NCBI GenBank assembly: GCA_964016885.1
Contig: OZ024756.1
Span: forward strand, 13,454,001-13,518,000
DNA: 64,000 nucleotides
Direction of reading: 5' to 3'
From: Eledone cirrhosa
Lineage: Eukaryota
Each line of letters begins with the position of its first letter. Positions within the stretch are counted from its first letter, which is position 1. A program made the position numbers and the translations under genes. Below the pieces are notes generated by a model. It worked only from the letters and a program-made list of their open reading frames with translations, did not search any database and was not told the DNA's origin. This document shows positions 28,701 to 43,709 of this stretch, piece after piece.

Positions 28701-30600
28701 ACTGTACCACCACTACATACCATTATATAACACTACACTGTACCACCACTACATACCATTATATAACACTACACTGTACCACCACTACATACCATTATAT
28801 AACACTACACTATACCATCACTACATACCATTATATAACACTACACTGTACCACCACTACATACCATTATATAACACTACACTGTACCACCACTACATAC
28901 CATTATATGACACTACACTACACTGTACCACCACTACATACCATTATATAACACTACACTGTACCACCACTACATACCATTATATAACACTACACTGTAC
29001 CACCACTACATACCATTATATAATACTACACTGTACCACCACTACATACCATTATATAACACTACACTGTACCACCACTACATACCATTATATAACACTA
29101 CACTATACCATCACTACATACCATTATATAATACTACACTGTACCACCACTACATACCATTATATGACACTACACTGTACCACCACTACATACAATTATA
29201 TAACACTACACTGTACCACCACTACATACCATTATATAACACTACACTGTACCACCACTACATACCATTATATAACACTACACTGTACCACCACTACATA
29301 CCATTATATAACACTTTACTACACTGTACCACCACTACATACCATTATATAACACTACACTGTACCACCACTACATACCATTATATGACACTACACTACA
29401 TCACCAGTACATACCATTATATGACACTACACTGTACCACCACTACATACCATTATATAACACTACACTGTACCACCACTACATACCATTATATAATACT
29501 ACACTGTATCACCACTACATACCATTATATGACACTACACTACACTGTACTACCACTACATACCATTATATAACACTACACTGTACCACCACTACATACC
29601 ATTATATAACACTACACTGTACCACCACTACATACCATTATATAACACTAGACTGTCCCACCACTACATACCATTATACGACACTACACTACACTGTACC
29701 ACCACTACATACCATTATATGACACTACACTGTACCACCAGTACATACCATTATATAATACTACACTGTACCACCACTACATACCATTATATAATACTAC
29801 ACTGTACCACCACTACATACCATTATATGACACTACAGTACACTGTACCACCAGTACATACCATTATATAATACTACACTGTACCACCACTACATACCAT
29901 TATATGACACTACACTACACTGTACCACCAGTACATACCATTATATAACACTACACTACACTGTACCAACACTACATACCATTATATAATACTACACTGT
30001 ACCACCACTACATACCATTATATGATACTACACTGTACCACCACCACATACCATTATATGATACTACACTGTACCACCACTACATACCATTATATGATAC
30101 TACACTACACTGTACCACCACTACATACCATTATATGACACTACACTACACTACACTGTACCACCACTACATACCATTATATAACACTACACTACACTGT
30201 ACCACCACTACATACCATTATATGACACTACACTACACTGTACCACCACTACATACCATTATGACACTACACTACACTACACTGTACCACCACTACATAC
30301 CATTATATGACACTACACTACACTACACTGTACCACCACTACATACCATTATATAACACTACACTACACTGTACCACCACTACATACCATTATATAGTAC
30401 TACACTGTACCACCACTACATACCATTATATGATACTACACTACACTGTACCACCACTACATACCATTATATGACACTACACTACACTGTACCACCACTA
30501 CATACCATTATATGATACTACACTACACTGTACCACCACTACATACCATTATATGACACTACACTACACTACACTGTACCACCACTACATACACCACTAC
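22771..30600. repeat. 36/41-bp satellite (ACACTACACTGTACCACCACTACATACCATTATATA)n with higher-order structure
   Basis: About 7.8 kb array; identical variant blocks recur 2340 bp apart. Confidence 0.95.
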
Positions 30601-30884
30601 CTAATAATATTAAATTAGCGAAATTCAAGATACTTCCTAAACAGATTGGCTGGATGGTCACGGCTGAGACGCCTATGATCATAAGTCTACTCGATCAAGG
30701 CTTACCTGGAGTTAAACAACAACAATACCATTACAACATCACCTCTTACTGCTCCTCCTTTCCTTACTTCCAACTATTTTCCATTCCAGTTCTGTTCCAT
30801 GGAACCGAGACTGGAGAAACAACTCCGGAATCTCAAGAATTCCAGGAATTCCAACAATGTATGTTTCCAAAGCAATCTAACGTC

Positions 30885-32085
30885 ACCGCCATCATCACCA
30901 CCATTACTACTACCACCAAAACCACCAACACCACTACCACCAACACCACTACCATCATCACCACCAACACCACTACCATCAATAGCATCACCACCAACAC
31001 CACTACCACCATCACCACCACCACCACCACCACCATCATCACCACCACCACCACCATCACCAAAACCACCAACACCACTACCATCATCACCACCAACACC
31101 ACTACCACCAATACCATCACCACCATCACCAACACCACAACCACCACCACCACCATCACCACCAATATCACTACTACCACCACTATCAATACTACCACCA
31201 AAACCACCAACACCACTACCACCATCACCACCAACACCACTACCACCACCAACACCACAACCACCACCATCATCACTACCCCGATCACCACTACCGCTAC
31301 CACCACCACCAACACCACTACCACTACCGAAACTACCACTACCACCACCACTACCAATACTACCACCACCATCACCACTACCAACACCACTAGCACCACT
31401 ACCAATACTACCACTACCAACACCACTACCACCACTACCAATACTACCACTACCAACACCACTACCACCACTACCAATACTACCACCACCAACACCACTG
31501 CCACCACTACCAATACTATCACTACCAACACCACTACCACCACTACCAATACTACCACCACCAACACCACTGCCACCACTACCAATACTACCACTACCAA
31601 CACCACTACCACCACTACCAATACTACCACTACCAACACCACTACCACCACTACCAATACTACCACTACCAACACCACTACCACCATCACCACTACCAAC
31701 ACCACTACCACCACTACCAATACTACCACCACCATCACCACTACCAACACCACTAGCACCACTACCAATACTGCCACTACCAACACCACTACCACCACTA
31801 CCAATGCTACCACTACCAACACCACTGCCACCACTACCAATACTGCCACCACCACCAAAACCACTACCACCACTACCAATACTACCACTACCAACACCAC
31901 TACCACCACTACCAATACTGCTACCACCACCAACACCACTACCACCACTACCACCACTACCAATACTGCCACCACCAACACCACTACCAACAACACCACC
32001 ACCATCACCACTACCGCCAACACCACTACCACCGACACTACCACCACCACCACTACCAATTCTACCAACACCAACACCACTACCA
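30885..32085. repeat. (ACC/ACT)n degenerate trinucleotide array
   Basis: Direct inspection. Confidence 0.9.
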
Positions 32086-32439
32086 GGGTGAGGGAGGGGC
32101 GGGGGAGGTGGGGTTATATAGGGATGGGGGGAGGGATGAGGGTATGATGCCATTGTGATTAGTCTTTTACCTTATAATTGATGAAGAAAAGCGAGGATAG
32201 AGAGAGGAGGGACATACATATATAGAGGGGGGGGGGGGGGGTGACGATGACATAAAAGACAGCAAAAGGGATCGTCTAGTCATGTGGCCTACTTATTTTA
32301 TAAATAAACCCCTCCCTCTCTCCTATATCTACGCTTCCTCTTCTCTACCTCTTTCTCCGCCTCTTCCCCCCTCTCTCTACTCCCTCTCTTTCTATCCCAT
32401 CTCCCTCTCTTTCCTCCTCTCTACTATTAAACCCAACAA

Positions 32440-32506
<67 letters not shown>

Positions 32507-32919
32507 AGACGTAGCAATGACACAATTAGATATTTCTATACTCCAGGGTTTCCCAAACATTTTTAAACACGGAACTCTTTTTGGTTCAGAAACTTTTTGG
32601 GGAACCCCTAAAGTCTAATACTGTTACAGGTAAAATTCCGTTATAACGAATACCATTATAATGAATTGTTCAGTATAACAACATTTAATCCCCGCGGTTA
32701 ATATCAAACAAAAGGTTATTTGTTTCGGTCGAGCTACGGGCTCGCCTGCAAGTCTGTCGGAGAGCGACCAATATTTGGAGAGTTTACCCTCCTCAGCCCG
32801 AAGTACAGCAGAGCCCGGGTTAGTCGCAGACTGCCGCAGGTTGCCGCAGACAATTGACGATTTTATAAAAAGATGGGATTGTAATAAACTACATGAGAAA
32901 GATGGACGAGAAATATTAA

Positions 32920-33130
32920 AAGATCCCATAGGTTGATGGAAAAATACTTTAGAAGATCCCACATGTTCATGGAAAGATTCTATAGAAAAGCCCACATGTT
33001 CATGGAAAGATTCTATAGAAAATCCCACATGTTCATGAAAGAGTCTATAGAAAATCCCACACGTTTATGGAAAAATTCTTTAGAAGATCCCACATGTTTA
33101 TAGAAAAATCTTTAGAAGATCCCACAGAAA
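32920..33130. repeat. 33-bp minisatellite, about 6 degenerate copies
   Basis: Unit TAGAAAATCCCACATGTTCATGGAAAGATTCTA. Confidence 0.8.
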
Positions 33131-33320
33131 TCCTCGATGCCGTGTTAAAGGACAGGGTCTAATAATATCCCTATTTTCTTACTGTAAAGTTAAACTGTTG
33201 ATAACGGTGTCAAATTTAGATCTACTCTTAGGAATTATAACACGTGTTCCCAACCTGAGGTATAATGGCCGTTAAATAATTAAATAAATCAATAATAATA
33301 TATTAGGAATTAATACAAAT

Positions 33321-33622
33321 ATAATTGTTTCTACTTTAGGCACAAGGCCAGCAATAACCCAGTGCATTACTGGTACTTTATTTTATCGACCCCGTAAGGA
33401 TGAAAGGCAAAGTCAACCTCGCGGGATTTGAACTCAATAATTGTTTCTACGTTAGGCACAAGGCCAGCAGTTAACCAGTGTATTACTGGTACTTTATTTT
33501 ATCGACCCCGTAAGGATGAAAGGCAAAGTTAACCTCGGCGGGATTTGAACTCAGAATGGCAAGGGCCGTAACTCTACGCGTCAAAGCATGGTGTCCGACT
33601 CTCTACCGATACTGCCAATCCA
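33321..33622 (-). mobile_element. SINE copy plus tandem partial copy
   Basis: Same family; the 3' half is duplicated head-to-tail. Confidence 0.78.
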
Positions 33623-33854
33623 CAGCTTTATTAATACAAATATATTAATACAAATATAATAGATGGTGGTGGTGGTGGTGGAAGTGGTGGTGGTGGGGTC
33701 TTCCATTGATTACCATCATAGCTAATTGCTTCCACAAACCAGGAATAACGAACCTCTGCAGTTTCCATTAGTATTTTCATCTCCACATATTCTACAGGGA
33801 TATATATAATACATATCCGAATGCACGCAAAGGTAGATGAAGACGCTGCTACGG

Positions 33855-33951
<97 letters not shown>

Positions 33952-34361
33952 GTCTAACAGGCACTCAAGATTACTTATGGTAAATACATATACTTGAAGA
34001 AACAGCCAATCACACGGATAGAAACAGTTTAATAGAGACACGTTTCTATTGAATGAGATTAACTGTATTGTCAAAGTAACTCGACAAGCGGCGTTTCTTT
34101 ATACAAGTATGCCTCTGTCTCTGTGTTTTGTGTTGTTTTTTCTTTTACACATTTATGCCTCAATGTCGGTGTGTTTGAGTGTTTCCTTTTTTTCAAGTAT
34201 ATGCATTAACTGCGCAACGCAAATCTTCTAAATATATCCAGTATTCCAGTATTAAACGACTTATAAAGACAAAGAAGTGTAGTTTACACACAGGTATATG
34301 TATACATGCAAACACACACACACACATTATATTCCATTTCACATATATATTCCATGCAAAT

Positions 34362-34393
<32 letters not shown>

Positions 34394-34554
34394 CGAAGGA
34401 GTTGTGGTAAGGAACCAGATGGACCATAACGCACCAGAGTACTCAATACTTAAGGTAGTAGAGTGGGTAATAGGAAAATGTATGACCCCGACGGCAGAGC
34501 TCCAGAAATAGCCGTCGAAACGGCTTGAGCTCTACCGTCGGGGTCATACATTTT

Positions 34555-34611
<57 letters not shown>

Positions 34612-34738
34612 TATTATATTTTGAGATTAAACTCTCAGTCGTTTACAATTAATCAGCTCCAAGAAAGAGGCATTTCCGAGCAGTTAAATACATGTTATAC
34701 ATTAATATATAACATGTATTATATATATATATATATAT

Positions 34739-34844
<106 letters not shown>

Positions 34845-35067
34845 ATATAGACAGTGTCGATGTTCATAAGCAGAAATACAATAAGCTTACATTCAAGCAG
34901 AGTTAACCTCTCTGAAGACGGTTAAAAAACCAGAAACGGCGATTGCTCCTCCTTCGTTTCACCACTTTGAAAATTTATAGCAAAGATATAAAAGTGTTTG
35001 TTGACACGAACATTTCGTATATAATTCAATATACAACCCCAATCAAATATACACATGTGTATACATT

Positions 35068-35118
<51 letters not shown>

Positions 35119-35249
35119 TAATATCTCTATATATTAAAATAATATCTAAACATAGAAATGACCCAGCGGATAGGCAAATCAGAGAGGCAAGCGAAATAGA
35201 GCTTAGAAGGCTAAAGCTAAACAGAAAAAATGAATGAAATAACAACGCC

Positions 35250-35770
35250 CAAACAAACAACACTGACTTAAGGGAAATATAAATAAATAAATAGATAAAT
35301 AAATAAATATATATACAAGCACAATAACAACAAACACATGTAAACACACACTAGTAAACTAAGATAGAATACAATAACCAAAACACAGTCACCCAAACGC
35401 GAACACACACCAAACACTATACACACATGCAAACGCATGCGCAGAGACGGAGACAAAAATAAATAAATAAATAAATAAACAGATAAAAGAAAAATGGCGT
35501 AGACATACAATACAACAGGAGGAACATAATAGTACCACTGATGATGTTGCAGATGTGCAACGAAAGAACTTTGTTAGACTATATATATGTATCTATATTA
35601 TATCTGTATTTTTGACCGTTGGTCAGTCAATGATAAACATTGAGGACCAAATGAATTAACTATGGAGATATAAAAGATACAGAAGCGAAAACCAACCAAA
35701 CAGTGAGTGTGTTCTGTTATTATTTCTGGGAATATTATTACAATATGACCCTCCCCAAGTATAACAATAT
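35250..35770 (+). mobile_element. Diverged relative of the same Penelope-like 3' region
   Basis: Shares CGCATGCGCA, AAAATGGCGTAG, an HHR and the terminal TGACCCTCCCCAAGTATAACAATA with the 12455/38136 family. Confidence 0.65.
35534..35574 (+). ncRNA. Type I hammerhead ribozyme motif
   Basis: acca-CUGAUGA-u-GUUGCA gaug UGCAAC-GAAA-gaac-UU-uguu; stem II covaries with the 12618/38943 copies. Confidence 0.65.
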
Positions 35771-35918
35771 ATATATATATATATAAGTAGAAGTTGTATT
35801 TAATTTGTTGGAAGTCCGACAAACATAAATGTTTATAACTGATTTAGAGCACTCAACAGAGTGGAGTAAATATTCAATGATATTAAATAAATGGTAACTA
35901 TATTTATAAAACCATATT

Positions 35919-35983
35919 TATTTTATTATATATATTTCAAGGGCAACCAATATAACATTGGTACGCTTTCATCAGATAAAATA
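35919..35983 (-). ncRNA. Type I hammerhead ribozyme motif, intact core
   Basis: UAUUUUAU-CUGAUGA-aagcguaccaau guuau auugguugcccuu-GAAA-UAUAUA-UA-AUAAAAUA: 8-bp stem I, palindromic stem III, AUA site. Confidence 0.85.
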
Positions 35984-36648
35984 CAAACTTTATTTTATAA
36001 ATAAAGACGTACCCATGAAAACCATACCTTATCGGATGGAAATTCACTGGATAGTGGAAATATATTAGGGATTATTCAAACTTATGTGTGAATATGCAAA
36101 TGAATATGTAAATAATTGAAAAACAACCGTTTATTTAAATGACACCGGAGAAAGAGATAGAAGAAAGAGAGAGAGAAAAAATAATATTACGAGAGAGATA
36201 GAGAGAAGGAATTAACAAGAGGATGAATAGAACTCATTTAACGTTAATATGGGGGAATACATTTTAAGTATATATCTACTAATGGTACGTATATTTACGA
36301 TTATTTAGTTGTTAAAATTCTTTTCTAATATAATATTTACTGTTATAAGTAGATAGAAAAATAAATAGATATATATAGAAAAATAAATATAGAAAAAAAT
36401 AAATATATATAAAATTACATAGAAAAATATATGGAAAAATAAATAGATAGAAAAATAGATAGATAGAAAAATAAATCAATAAATAGATAAATAGATATAT
36501 AGATAGATAAATGAATAAATGGGTATATCGTGTTATAGATAATTGTTTTAATGAGGGATATTGGTTTATATTTAATGTAAGTAAATATTGAGTTAAATTA
36601 ATTTAGTTTGAGTTCACTTTAATTTAATTTAATTAAACTCAATATTTA

Positions 36649-36736
<88 letters not shown>

Positions 36737-36742
<6 letters not shown>

Positions 36743-37057
36743 CAAGAATCAACTACATCACAAGGAAATTACCCAGCATCCCATCACATCCTCTACGGAA
36801 CTACCTTAGGAACTCACCCACGGACATACACTCCAAAAAATTGTTTTTCCCACACGCCACCTACATCCACAACACGTATAAACACCACACACACTTGCGT
36901 ACCACCACATATTTACACACTCAGCTTCCGGAATCCTCTCCCCCCACCCCTCTGACCCCTCCCCATCCACACACGCACACACACACCGACCTACACCCCA
37001 CCCCACACACACCTTTTCCTGAACATGCAACCCCGTTCTTCCCTCAACCCTTGCTTT

Positions 37058-37093
<36 letters not shown>

Positions 37094-37461
37094 TACACCT
37101 ACACACACACACCACCTTCAGCCCTCCCCGCTCGGACACCCCGCCTCCCTCTCCCCACTCCACCCACCACCACCCCTACACGCCCCACACTCTTCCACCA
37201 CTTGTTTTATTTCATGTTTATTTTTATTTTTATTATGCTTTTATATTTAATTTCATTTGTACCGTTTCCTCTCAGCCCTTTTTTCTATATGTCTCTCCAC
37301 CACTCCCCTACACACCCTTGGAACTCTCTTCCCACACACTTTTCGCCTGAAGAAGGGCTTATGCCCGAAACGTGGTTCCCCACCACCACCCCACTCTCAA
37401 GAGCGTGAAACTAATAAACCTTTGTTCGTACTGCCTCTCTGTTTTGTTCCCGTTCAATTTT

Positions 37462-37467
<6 letters not shown>
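36737..37467 (+). mobile_element. Probable Penelope-like 3' remnant with hammerhead
   Basis: Contains CCTGAAGAAGGGCTTATGCCCGAAACG followed by AATAAA, flanked by (TA)n on both sides. Confidence 0.55.
37344..37376 (+). ncRNA. Minimal hammerhead-like motif
   Basis: CUGAAGA-a-GGGC uuau GCCC-GAAA-cgug; the cleavage triplet and stem I are imperfect. Confidence 0.55.
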
Positions 37468-37545
<78 letters not shown>

Positions 37546-37584
37546 TATATATATAGATATATATATGTATGTATGTATATATAG

Positions 37585-37638
<54 letters not shown>

Positions 37639-37869
37639 CCTTTTACTTGTCGTCACGTAAAATTCTGTGTGTAATTGTCACAGCTTAGTTGCTATAAGTT
37701 ACTGTTTCGTCTCATCTCTTACTCCACTGGACAGTGCTTTGGCTTGCGTCAGAGTCTATGACCACGGAGTTCTGTGTATTTCGTTTGTATTTTTATTTAA
37801 AAGGTTTTACCCTAAAAAATTGTTTTTTGTTCGTTTTCTTGTCCTCTCTTAGTTAATTTTCCCGAGTTT

Positions 37870-37927
<58 letters not shown>

Positions 37928-37993
37928 TAAAGTGGTCCTTCATCAGTGATCTTCCAACCATCACAGGTATTTCTTCGCTTTAAAGACAATATA

Positions 37994-38054
<61 letters not shown>

Positions 38055-38135
38055 GTGAGGAGTGTTCACCGGAGTTAGCCCCTGTCATAGGAAGACATAA
38101 TGTTATGATGTTATGATAAGACGATGTTATGATAA

Positions 38136-39110
38136 GGGTCTTTGGAACGGGTATGTCTTGCTAATAAGTGTTTTTACGGAGGTACCAGGTACCAGGTACC
38201 TCCGTAAAAACACTTATTAGCAAGACATACCCGTTCCAAAGACCCTCATGTATAGATAAGAAATGTATAACCTGTAAAATAAGCCCCCATATTAACTGTA
38301 AAACTAGAAATGTAGTGTATAGCATAAGATGTACTGAAGGACAATGTAGAAACAAAAATATAGTGTACATAGGTGAGACAGCTCGTAGTGTAGGGGAACG
38401 GATAAATGAACACTGGGGAGACCTTCAAGATAATAAAGAATCATCTGTACTCTACCAACATGCTAAGATAGAACACAGGGGTAAATTAGAGAACATAGAA
38501 ATAAAAATAGAATCCACACACAGAAAAGATGCAATGTTTAGGCAAATTACAGAGGCAGTAAGCATAAAAGAATTAAAACCAAAATTAAATAGAAAATATG
38601 AGTGGAACAGCAACATCACAACTTACAATTAAGGACAAATGAAAACACACACACACATAGAACAAACAACTTACAATTGAAAACACACACAAAATGAAAA
38701 CACACACAGGACAAAATGAAAACACACACACACATAGAACAAACAACCAACCAACAATAAATAAATAAATAAATAAATAAACAAATAGAAAAATATAAAT
38801 AGAAAAATAGAAAAATGAACACAAACACACACAGACACCCGGATGTGGCGCATGCGCAAACTGAGCACACAACACACACACAGAAACAAAATGGCGTAGG
38901 ATAGAAGAAAGGAAAGGCACAGAAACGAAGAAAGGAATCCGCAGTCACTGAAGAGGTCACAGAGTGTGTGACGAAAGGACTATGACTATATATATAAACA
39001 ACTATCTGGTTGTGGAACCAACCAACCAACCAGAAATTTATAAGTTTGTAGATTTGTAGATTTGTAAATTTATAAATTTATAGATATATAATAAATTGAA
39101 GTGAAAGCAA
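38136..39110 (+). mobile_element. 5'-truncated Penelope-like element: GIY-YIG C-terminus plus 3' pLTR with hammerhead
   Basis: ORF 38168-38632 has C..C...CKTRNVVYSIRC...YIGETARSVGERINEH...E...KPKLN (GIY-YIG). There is an inverted duplication at the 5' junction and an HHR at 38943. Confidence 0.88.
38943..38987 (+). ncRNA. Type I hammerhead ribozyme motif (PLE pLTR)
   Basis: Same as the 12618 copy; lies about 310 bp downstream of the GIY-YIG stop codon. Confidence 0.82.
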
Positions 39111-39573
39111 CTATATATAAATAAATATATATAAATATATATAAATATATATAAATATAAATATATATAAATATATATAAATAAATAAATATAAATATAT
39201 ATAAATATATATAAATAAATATATATAAATATATATAAATAAATATATATAAATATATATAAATATATATAAATATAAATATATATAAATATATATAAAT
39301 AAATATATATAAATATATATAAATAAATAAATATAAATATATATAAATAAATATATATAAATATATATAAATATATATAAATATAAATATATATAAATAT
39401 ATATAAATATATATAAATAAATATATATAAATAAATAAATATAAATATATATAAATATAAATATATATAAATAAATAAATATATATAAATAAATAAATAT
39501 ATATAAATATATATAAATTAGAGATAATTCGCTCCACGTCCTTTTCTTCTTTAAGTTTATCATATTATTATTT

Positions 39574-39766
39574 GTGGTGGATTGGCAGTATCGGTCGAGG
39601 GTCGGACGCCATGCTTTGACGCATAGAGTTACGGTCCTTGCAGATTCTGAGTTCAAATCCCGCCGAGATTAACTTTGCCTTTCATCCTTACGGGTTCGAT
39701 AAAATAAAGTACCAATAATGCACTGGATAATTTGCTGGCCTTGTGCCGAAAGTAGAAACAATTATT
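39574..39766 (+). mobile_element. SINE copy
   Basis: Same family as 11793. Confidence 0.78.
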
Positions 39767-40458
39767 TGTGTTATATAAATGTGTGTGTGTTCGGAAAAGA
39801 TTGTTTTGGTTGAAACAGGAGTACGCAGGTGGTACCGTCACTGCGACGACTGGGACCTGTATACACGACAGTGGTCTGTGTTTTTGCTGTTGTTGTCGTT
39901 GTAAGTGTTTTACTGTGGCTGTTGCTTTAGTTGTTGTTGTTGTTGTCAATAGGGTGGTGGTATCACAACGACTTTTGCGACCAGTGTAGACAACTTTGGT
40001 CGGCGGTTTGGTGTTACTGCCATTCTTGTTGTTGTAGTTGTTGTCTATAGGTGGTTGTCAACTAAATGTATACCCCCCCCCCCCCCCAGAGCTCCTTTTA
40101 TTGCATCAACTGTCTACTGGGTTTTGGCTGCACACAGTTCTTCGTTCTTTTCGTCTTTTTTCGTTGATATCTTTTTCTAACAAGCGCGACGGCTGGCAAA
40201 CCCTTCAAGGAACTCATATGTCTGCTGGGCGCACAGGCATTAGGATGTGTGTTATCCTGCCAGCGACATATCAAATATATCGATCTTCATCTGAGGAAAC
40301 CGTTCTCATAATCAACAGCAAATGCATGAAGGACTTCTCGATTGCATGGAGAACCGTGGAAATAATTATTATGATTAAACAATATATGTAACCTCAGTAT
40401 CTTATTTTATTATTTATATATATATATATATATTACTCCTTCATTACGTTTATTGGTT

Positions 40459-40543
40459 GGTGACGCGCGTTTCGCCACTGACCAGCTCAAGGTTAGATCT
40501 GTATCGATCTGACCCGACTCTGTAATCCGCGGCTCGTCAGACC
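40459..40543 (-). ncRNA. Type I hammerhead ribozyme with long stem II, intact core
   Basis: GGU-CUGACGA-GCCGC...(extended hairpin)...GUGGC-GAAA-CGCGCG-UC-ACC; GUC site; AAUAAA follows closely. Confidence 0.85.
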
Positions 40544-40559
40544 CCTTGTAAAGTTAATG

Positions 40560-40643
<84 letters not shown>

Positions 40644-40686
40644 CAATAATATTAATAAATGGAAATTATCTTTATAAAACCATATT

Positions 40687-40747
40687 TATTTTATTATATA
40701 TATTTCAAGGGTACCAACATTTTGGTACGCCCTCATCAGTTAAAATA
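40687..40747 (-). ncRNA. Type I hammerhead motif (paralog of 35919)
   Basis: uauuuuaa-CUGAUGA-gggcguaccaa aaug uugguacccuu-GAAA-UAUAUA-UA-auaaaaua; one mismatch at the base of stem I. Confidence 0.78.
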
Positions 40748-42061
40748 CAAAAGTTGTTTTACAAATAGTGACATATCCAAAAACAAGAACTTATCGTTTT
40801 AAGTTCAGTTTGAATAGTGAAAAAGTATTTCAAATCTTGGGATGAATATGTTAATGAGGATAACGTTAAAATTGAAAAAAGATCGTTATATTTAGACGCT
40901 AGGTAAATTTAAATAATTATTAGGATTGTTTTTTAAGGGAAGAGGAGAAAGAGGTTAATATTAGGGTAGAAGAAATTTAAGGAAAGAATATAAGAAAAAA
41001 GTATATTAGAGTTAGAAATAGTCTATTTATATTAATATAAGTATATAAACTGTATGGAACATATTTGTGAGGTTGTAGAGAAAGTGAAATAATTATATTT
41101 AATTATTTAATTATTTAATTATGTATTTGATGAGTATCTATAATATAATGTGAGAATTATAACTGTCTTAAAGTGAGAGATATTGCATTCATATATAATG
41201 TGAGAATTATAACTGTCTTAAAGTGAGAGATATATTGCATTCATATAAACGATTTGGTCAATTCTAATAGTGTGTTTTAATATTATAGAGATAATATTTA
41301 TAAGTATATATTATGAAGATTAGAGTAGTAAGTATATTTTATTTTATTATATTACGACAGGTTATTTATATATATATAATTTTATGTTGTTTTTATTAAT
41401 AGATAGATAATAACTATTTTTATGTGAATAGTTACGATGAATTTTTGTTTACGTTTTCAATATATGTTTAAGAAAACAGGAAGTAGTTCTATTTTATTAT
41501 AGAAGATTATTTTGTACATTAAACAGTTGCATCAAGATAGGAATAGATTTACGAAATTATAATAAATTTTCATATATATGTAAAGTTTAACTGTTACTTA
41601 GAAGAAATGTCATAGTTCGAAGGAGAAGATAACTCTAAAATTTCTTAGTTAAAGTAGTTAAGATATATTTACCGTTTATTCTAGAATTTACTTTAAAAAA
41701 ATTCAAATTATGATATATGGAAAATTTATTTTATATATAATTTTATAGTATCATATATTACATATTTTCTAAGATAACAATTTATATTTGTATTGTGATA
41801 GCATTCCTTATATATATGCATAGTTTAGTGGTATTAAGTATTTATATGTAAGAATTTACAATGTCTATATAGTCTATTAGGAAAAGATTCTACAGACATC
41901 CAAAGTATATTCGAAAACATCGTTAAAACCATCACAAGAAAAAAAAAATACATTAAAAAATATTATTTAAAAACATCTACAAAGAACGGCGAAGACCTCT
42001 CTCTCTCTCTATATATATATATAAAATGTAAACAGGTGAGATAGAGAGGCTATAGATAATA

Positions 42062-42151
<90 letters not shown>

Positions 42152-42174
42152 GAAAGGTATAGAAAATATTGTAG

Positions 42175-43168
<994 letters not shown>

Positions 43169-43357
43169 TATATATATATATACATATATTTATATATATA
43201 TATATTTATATATATATATATATATATATATACAGTATTTATATATATATATTATGCCGTCGGGGTCATACTTTCTCCTATTACCCACTCTACTACCCTA
43301 AGTATTGAGTACTCTGGTGCGTTATGGTCCATCTGGTTCCTTACCACAACTCCTTCG

Positions 43358-43411
<54 letters not shown>

Positions 43412-43422
43412 TATATATATAT

Positions 43423-43457
<35 letters not shown>

Positions 43458-43709
43458 TTTCATTTATTGGCCACAAGGGCCGACATATAGGGGACAACAC
43501 AATAGACAGGGACAGTGGGGGTTTACATAGAGATCGAGTAAGTATAAATAACAAAAAAAACAAAATAACAATAAAAATACAACAATGAAAGTTCCCCAAT
43601 AAGAGGGATCACCACCCAGGGTTGACTCAAGCACCCCACCAGTCCTGAGCCACCCGACGCTCCTAGGGCACCCGGGAAGGGCACCCCTCTCCTTCTCGAA
43701 TTCACCAGC

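Noticed and set aside
34907-34945. CUGAAGA-cGGUUaaaaAACCa-GAAA-cggcg hammerhead-like core
   Set aside because: No cleavage triplet or stem I partner follows; probably a truncated HHR, so not called.
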